Under the pieces are notes generated by a model. It did not search any database, had not been told where the DNA came from, and saw nothing but the letters and a program-made list of their open reading frames with translations. The position numbers and the translations under genes are program-made. From the human T2T-CHM13v2.0 reference genome, Homo sapiens, in assembly GCF_009914755.1 (NCBI RefSeq), contig NC_060925.1: a DNA stretch of 64,000 nucleotides; one strand, given 5' to 3'. Shown here piece after piece: positions 48,636 to 64,000 of the stretch (position 1 is its first letter; each line of letters opens with the position of its first letter).

Positions 48636-49059
48636 CAAATCATTTTTAATCTATTAGTCAAAAATTAGAGCTATGATAATATTAATTTTTGGTGGGAGTG
48701 TGGCAAAAGGTACTATAATATACTGCTACTAGAGAGTAAAAATTGATAAATTTTGTAAGGGCAATTTTGCACAATATGAAAATATAAAAATATGCTTCAT
48801 GTTTACCATACATTTATCTAGCATACAGAATTACCCATGTGTAAACATGTATACAGATGTTCATTATAACACTTCTTATAAAAACAAAATATTTGGAAAT
48901 AAATGTTCATATTAATAAGGCGCATACCGTATGATCTTAGTCCAGTTAGAATATTCTGTTTTATTTCAATCCTTTAAAAGACTCAACTTCTGACTCTATA
49001 TAGACGATTAAAAAAAGAATGTGTTCTCCCTTTGTGCATTTGGTCAGGTAAATTAAAAA

Positions 49060-50176
49060 ATACACCACATGCTAGCCGCACCAAACTGGAATAAGCCTTT
49101 GGAAAGAAGTTGTCCTTGAAGCTTGTATCTGACATTGTAGCAGGACGAGCCTCAGACAAAACCTCTCAGACACTGAGTTGTAGAAGGAAGGGCTTTATTC
49201 AGCTGGGAGCATCGGCCAGCTACTGTCTCAAAATCTGAGCTCCCGGAGTGCACAATTTCTGTCCTTTTTAAGGGCTCACAACACTAAAGATTTCACATGA
49301 AAGGGTCGTGATTGATTTGAGCAAGCAAGGGATACGTGACAAGGACTACATTCACTGCTGGTCAGGGAGAAACAGAACAGGGCAGGGAGTTTCACAGAGT
49401 TCTTTTATACAATGTCTGGAATCTGTGAATAATATCAGCTTCTAAATCATAAGTTGATTTTTAGCTACTGGGTTTAGGCCAATCAGGCCCAGGCCTGGTT
49501 TCAGGCCTGGCGCTGGGCTGCATGTCTTTGGTTGTACTTCCTGGTTGTTTTTACTGAATAGAAAACAATATAAAACAAGGAGAGGGTCTTTGTCTCCTCT
49601 CAATATCAGCACTGGATTGTAGAATGTGTTGCTGATTTTGACCTTGTATTCAAGTTAACTGTTGCCCTTGGTATCTGTACATATCTTTGATTTCAGTCTT
49701 TACTACACGTGGCTTGGTCACTTCATGGCTAAAAACATGCTTGTGGAAGACCAGTCTGGCTCGGTGAGTCTGTGCGGCCAGCAGTCTCTGATCTGTACAG
49801 GGTATTAATGTGTCAGGGCTGAGTGTTCTGGGATTTGTCTAGAGGCTGGTAAGGGCTTCTGGACCACTTGTTTCTGTCCTGTCAGTCTGTCAGGGTTGGA
49901 AAGTCCAAGCCATAGGACCCAGTTTCCTTTCTTAGCTTACGTTATCTACCAGAGCACCGTGGGCTGTTACTTACCTTGAGTTGGAAGGGGTTCGCATTTA
50001 TACCTGTAAAAGTATTCATCCTTTTAATTTATGTAAAGTTTTTTTGTATGCCATTCTGGATCTTTAAAGAGATGACAACAAATTTTGGTTTTCTACTGTT
50101 ATGTGAGAACATTAGGCCCCAGCAACAGGTCACTGTTTAAGGAAAAATAAAAGTGCTGCCAGAACCTAAGAAAAAC
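49060..50176 (+). pseudogene. Truncated gamma-actin pseudogene (3' UTR only), interrupted by an LTR
   Basis: Aligns to 3692-4335 except for the LTR insert; no actin coding sequence upstream. Confidence 0.9.
49136..49602 (-). mobile_element. HERV-E (LTR2-family) solo LTR, 467 bp
   Basis: Minus strand tgagaggagacaaagaccctctc...ggctcgtcctgctaca. 4-bp TSD acat/atat; the empty site ATAT is at 3764-3767 in the AMY2B copy. Minus-strand AATAAA at 49194-49199. Confidence 0.92.
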
Positions 50177-50179
50177 ATT

Positions 50180-50386
50180 AATATCTAAAAGGTCATTTAG
50201 ATGATTTCCATGAGAGACTTTTTGATGTTCTTTACCTGTTAGGATTATTATTGATAATCCTTTTCAGATTATGAATAAACAGTTTGCCCTCAAGTATTTA
50301 TTCATGCTAATATTTACTTTGTAAAATGTGCTTCTTACAGGAATATAAATAGTTTCTGGAAAGGACACTGACAACTTCAAAGCAAA
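50180..50386 (+). promoter_or_regulatory. AMY2A proximal (pancreatic) promoter with TATA box
   Basis: TATAAA at 50344-50349; forkhead-type ATAAACA 50275-50281; TGATAA; AGGTCA. Confidence 0.75.
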
Positions 50387-58613
<8,227 letters not shown>

Positions 58614-58621
58614 AATTTAAA

Positions 58622-58627
58622 ATTAAA
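58622..58627 (+). terminator. AMY2A polyadenylation signal ATTAAA
   Basis: Same position relative to the stop codon as in AMY2B. Confidence 0.75.
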
Positions 58628-58725
58628 TGCATGTCCTCAAAACAATAGCCAAGTGTGTTTCTTTTCTTACATGTACAGCAGTACTTATATTTCATTAATT
58701 TTTACTAAAAGCTCTAATTAGTAAT

Positions 58726-61700
58726 TAGAGGTTCAAAAAAGTTGATAGTGTGAAACACAATTCCAGGTTACACAGAAGTTATTTATTTTGGCAAAAGGAT
58801 GTCTCAGAAATTTTAAAACTAGGCAACAACCTTTACTCATTAAGAGGGAAGACTTAGCTTTCCAAACAGTCTGTCTCCTGTCTACTCTTTTCTCTCCTTG
58901 GCAGTCTACCAACAAGGCAAACCAAATATTTCATTATTCTTCTCTATTACATGAAAAATCTGTACAAGGGAAAGAAAACCAAATTTTACCCTTACATTGG
59001 TTTCAAAACATTCCTTTTTCCATAGGCAACGTTTACATTTTTATGCCTTTTTATAATCTTTTATGACAAACACATTTTACTGTTTTTACACACATTTTAC
59101 ACACTTTGCATGTAAATTTATTTTTAGTTGTCTTATTTACATGTTTTAATGGTAAATCTTAACTTTGCCATTTTAGTTAAAATGGTAACTTTAATGTAAA
59201 ACCTGGTAAGTTTTTTCAATTATGTACTAGATGCAGATAAAGTCTGACTTTTTCCATCCTAGTTAGGGGCATGGTTAATTTCATATGTCCCCAGGCCTTA
59301 TCAAGTTGTAAAGTAGGCAGTATACAACCTTGAAACATTTAGCAAACCTGGTATCTAACTTATATGATTTAAACCTCCTATTTACGTGTTGATGATATTT
59401 GCATTTTCCAATTTGATCTTTAAAACAATTTTTATTTCTTAGAGATGAAAGTCACATAAACTAAAAGGCATTGCAGTTTTAACTTTCCTCTAAAATGTTT
59501 GATTTAAGTGCATATTTTTATTTCAGGCAATCAGTTATAGCTCGTTACAGACATCACACACAACACATATATCATTACACAGACAAACAGAAGCAGATCC
59601 AGTAGTTCTAAGATTTCTTCCTGTCCCACTTCCTAATTGAATTATTGGCTTCCCAGTAGAGCCCTTTAAGAGCAGGGATAGAAAAACCATGAAGTTTCTA
59701 GGGCCTAATCAACTTGTATAGCTGTAAGACAAAAGCAGATTTTGAGTGGGATCTATCAGCCTCTAAATTCTGGGATTCCATCAGGAAAACAGAGGTTTCT
59801 CCCAAAATGGAATCCACTGTGCCTTTTCTGTTTTTCCCAAAAAGTTTCAGGCCACCAGACATTACCTTGGGTGCATCAAGAGTGGAAAGACAGAGCGGAG
59901 GACAGTAATTCAGCCAACAGAAAAATTCTTTTCAAGAAAAACACAATCCAAGAAGAGAAAAACATACGGGCCTTTTAAATATACCTATAACTTGAATATC
60001 CACTTTTAATCAAGCTGAGCACTCTTTCAGAAATTCCTTTGAAATCTTCTGTTACCTGACTTTAGCTAAATCAAGCAGGTAATATTTCTGGCTTTTGAAC
60101 TTTACTAAAAGTAACATCACAGGTGAAAACAACAACTCTCAATCAGGTTATAAGTTAACTGTGAGTATTCAAGATATTTTATAAGTGGTGGTAAGCAGCT
60201 TTTACTAGATCTAGAAACTTTAAAGGCAATTTAGAGAAAGGAAGATTTCAGAAAGGAAATTAGAGTTGTTCATGGAGGAGGAAGAGATGATTAAAGGTCA
60301 TACAGCTATTAAATTGAAAGTATTCATCACCCAAGCTAGGATTGAACCTGGGCCACCATTGTAAAATGGCAATGGCTAAAAAAGTCCTGCCACAAGGTTA
60401 CAGGTTATGCTCAAGACATAAAACAAGATAGAGGCATGCAGCAAAGTTTGTTACTTACCAGTTTATGTGGGTGACTTGAATAGTGAGCTTATGGAGTCCC
60501 AGGCCTGGATTCCATTCCAACGTATTCCAACCCGTTCCAAGATGGGTTGTTACCCATGCAGAAAACGGGGGGAATATAAGGTGTCCCTTAGTCTCCTTTC
60601 TCCTTTTGAAGTGACCCAGGATGAAGCAAAAGATTACAGGGGTGTCCCTGTTCTCCTCTTTCCTCCCATCTCCTTTGGGTCCCGGTAACCATCATAGGTG
60701 CTGTCCATGGATGAAAGCATGAATTGCACCCATGGATGTGGAGGTGCTAGCTGGCAGGAGTAGTCATTTTTACCAGCACAATGCCTCCTCACACTGCTCT
60801 TCTGGGTTCCTAGGCCTCCCAGGAGATTCTACAGTAGATAAAGTTGGGTGAGACACTTTAATAGAGGGAGTGTTTTAACCCTATTCCTGCCTCCTCTAGT
60901 TATGGACCTGGAAAAGCAGTGCATTCCCAGAAAATTTTATCCATTGACATTTAAATATAAAATCCCCTTTCTGTTTAAATGCCAATGTGGTTGGAAGCAG
61001 AACAGGTGTCTCAAAAGAACATATAGATTTAATGGCTGTCCTCCTTCTGATGGAAACAGCACTAAGGCTAGAATTTGTCTCTCAAGGGTGGCTTCCTCCC
61101 AACTGTTGAATGCGGAGTTTTTTTCCTTAGAAATGGGGCATAGGGTCTGCTTGCTGTTAGAGGAACACAAAAGAGGGAGAAATCTGGGCATTAGAATTTT
61201 TTGGCGAACGGCCACCAAGAATTTTTACGGAGAAAAATAGCCTATCTCATGAGGTGGTGCTGTAGGGTCTGAAAAGTTATGTAAAATCTGTGACTCTAAA
61301 TTTTTTCCAGGAAGAAGTTAGAAAGAGAGGTTTGGGGTTTAACAGGCTGTCACTGTATATGCCTCCCAGCAGTAGAAAATTAACTTGTCTCATTAATAAA
61401 CTGTTCAAATTCATTCAGCAGTGCTGAGCTTTTACATGAAGGAAAAGCAACTGAAATGGAGAGGGATGAGGGTATTCACTTGGGGTGAAATATCTTCTCA
61501 TAGAGTGCCATGAATGACTGCTATTGCGGGACAAGAAGCACTTACTAGGTGAAGGTTTAGACTGAAATCTTGAAATCCCCTGGTATTTTGTGTGTCTGAT
61601 TACCTTTCCAAAGGAATAAAATCAGATATGTATCCATCTCAGTGAGCAGAGGGGTGACTTTGAGTAGAATGGGAGGAAGGTTTGTTCTAAGTAGTTTCCC

Positions 61701-61750
61701 GCTTGCATTTTCCCCAGTGATTTCAGGGGCCCAGTATATTTTCCTTTCAC
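58726..61750 (-). mobile_element. Duplicated MER4-group ERV remnant (paralog of 25030-28790)
   Basis: Collinear with 25030-28790 but lacks the gag relic; ends ttcctttcaca. Confidence 0.8.
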
Positions 61751-62815
61751 ACATCTGACAAGGGATTAATAACCAGAATATCTACGGAGCTCAAACAACT
61801 CTAGAGGGAAAAAAAATCTAATAATTGCATCAAAAAGTGAGCAAAAGATTTGAATAGACATTTCTCAAAAGCAGACAGACATATGGTAAACAAGCATATG
61901 AAAATGTGCTCAACATCATTGATCAGAGAAATACAAATAAAAACTACAATGAGATATTATCTCACCCCAGTTAAAATGGCTTTTATTTAAAAAACAGACA
62001 ATAACAAATGCTGGTGAGGAGGTGGAGAAAAGGGAACCATCATACACTTTTTGTGGTTATGTAAATTAGTACAGCTGCTATGGAAAACAATTTGGAGGTT
62101 CATCAAAAAACTAAAAATAGAGCTATGATGTGATCCAGGAATCCCACAGCTAGGTATATACCCAAAAGTAAGAAAATCAGTATATTGAAATGATAACTGC
62201 ACTCCCATGTTTATTCCAGCCCTGTTCACAATAGCTAAGACTTGGAAACTACCTAAATGTCCATCAACATATGAATGGATAAAGAAGATGTGGTACATAT
62301 ATACAATAGAGTACTATTCAGCCATGGAAAAATGAGATCCTGTCATTTGCAACAACATAGATGGAACTGAACTGTACATTATTATGTGACGTAAAATAAA
62401 CCGGCCCAGAAAGACAAACATCACATGTTCTCACTTATTTGTGGGAGCAGCAATTCCAAACAATGGAACTCACGGTCATAGAGAGTAGAAAGATGGTTAC
62501 TAGAGGCTGAGAAGGGTGGATGGGAAGCAAGTGTGAATGTTCAATAAGTACAAAAAACAGAAGAATGAATAAGACCTAATATTTGACAGCACAACAGGGT
62601 GACTATCGTCAATAACAACTTAATTGTACAATTTAAAATAACTAAAAGAATATAATTAGATTGTTTGTAACATAAAGGTAAATGCTCGTGGTGATGGATA
62701 ACCCATTTACCCTGATGCTATTACTACACATTATCTGCCTGTATCAAAATATGACATATGCCCTATAAGTATATACACCTCCTAGGTACCAACAACAATT
62801 AAAAATTTAAAAAAG
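61751..62815 (+). mobile_element. L1MA-type 3' fragment (paralog of 28791-29845)
   Basis: Collinear with the first copy. Confidence 0.85.
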
Positions 62816-64000
62816 TGTATCCTTCCCAGTGAACCGAAATATTTTACATTGATCATTTTTACATTATCATAGTGTGTTGGAATAATCATAGCTTTGGAAA
62901 GAAAAAAAATAAATGTAAACTTTCAAAGATGGCAGGAGATATAGATCTCTCTTTCTTTAGTGGATTTAAATATGCAATTTGTTATCAACATTGCACTGAC
63001 AATTTTTAACACAGGCCATATTCTGGAAATGATATGATTATAGGAGTTATAGGAAAAAGCATTTTTTCATACTGTGATTATCTAGGCTATGAGGAAAAGA
63101 GATATTTCCTCTATGATGTCTAATTTAGCATAATTATTCTTTTTAAACTATATTTAGATTTAATTAAGAGATACACAAACAAATTACTTTTAGTAGTAAG
63201 AAGAGTTTTTAAAATGTTTTGTGTAAGATGACTATGTAGTAAAGAAGGTTACAAACCTGCTTTTTAACTTAGAAAAATAATCTCACCTTCTTGCCCCATG
63301 GAAAATTGAAATGTTATGTGGAACCCAATGTACAAAAACTCTCAGTGAGGATTTCTGTCTTAAGTTTCAACGGATTGAGGTGAGATCAGTGCCTGTTCCA
63401 CCTTTTTCCTCCCTGTCCTAGGTGACTTGATAACATTTATACAGCCATAAAATTTTGCTTTTAAATTCAAGTATAGAAAATAAACTTTAAAATGTGATAT
63501 TTTTATATATTTTACCTTAATAATTTATATGGGAAATATTTTTGAAAGGTTAAAAAATTAAAATTTTTAAAAGAGTATAGTGAAATAATCTAATCACATG
63601 TGGAAATTGTGTTACTATTTCCCCAAGCATTTTTTGTACATGTAATTGAAAATGAGTTGAATGTAACTCATAAGTAGTATAAAAGTGTTTAATATTTAAT
63701 TTTCTGCTGCAGTAATGTGACATAACAACCTTAAATTCTTGGTACTTTAAACAAGATATTTTTTTTCTCCCAAATTTCTAGGTTATTTAAGGGCAGTTCT
63801 GCTTCATATTGCAGTTTGCCTGGGCTTTACTCCAGGCTGTGTGTTGGAGTTAGGTCTAATCTATTGTATCCCTACACATCCCACTTAGAAAAGCTAACAA
63901 ATTTCCTTTGGACTTCAGTCAGTTCGATTGTATTTGTCATTCAAAAGCCAAATCATTTATCCTAACACCAACGGCTTATTTATTTATTTATTTGTTTGTT

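Overview
Primate genomic DNA that matches the human pancreatic amylase locus (1p21). It contains two complete, tandem, + strand, 10-coding-exon alpha-amylase genes, each with a 1536-nt CDS encoding 511 aa: AMY2B (CDS 4546-12443) and AMY2A (CDS 50387-58613). AMY2B is preceded by a full-length processed gamma-actin pseudogene (2426-4334). AMY2A is preceded only by the 3' UTR of the same pseudogene, interrupted by an antisense HERV-E/LTR2-type solo LTR (49136-49602). The window is an internal segmental duplication (3692-12555 ~ 49060-58725; 25030-31000 ~ 58726-64000) with a repeat-dense spacer (Alu, L1, L2, MaLR, MER4-group ERV, Tigger). I found no new gene system; the pseudogene/retrovirus history of this locus is established knowledge. 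The notable observations come from comparing the paralogs: two twin-primed inverted L1 insertions, a tailless Alu, apparent gene-conversion tracts, a 12.5-kb deletion, a 720-bp gag deletion with a templated-insertion scar, a 64-bp tandem duplication, and promoter and protein differences. Repeat family names are from recall, not from a database search.
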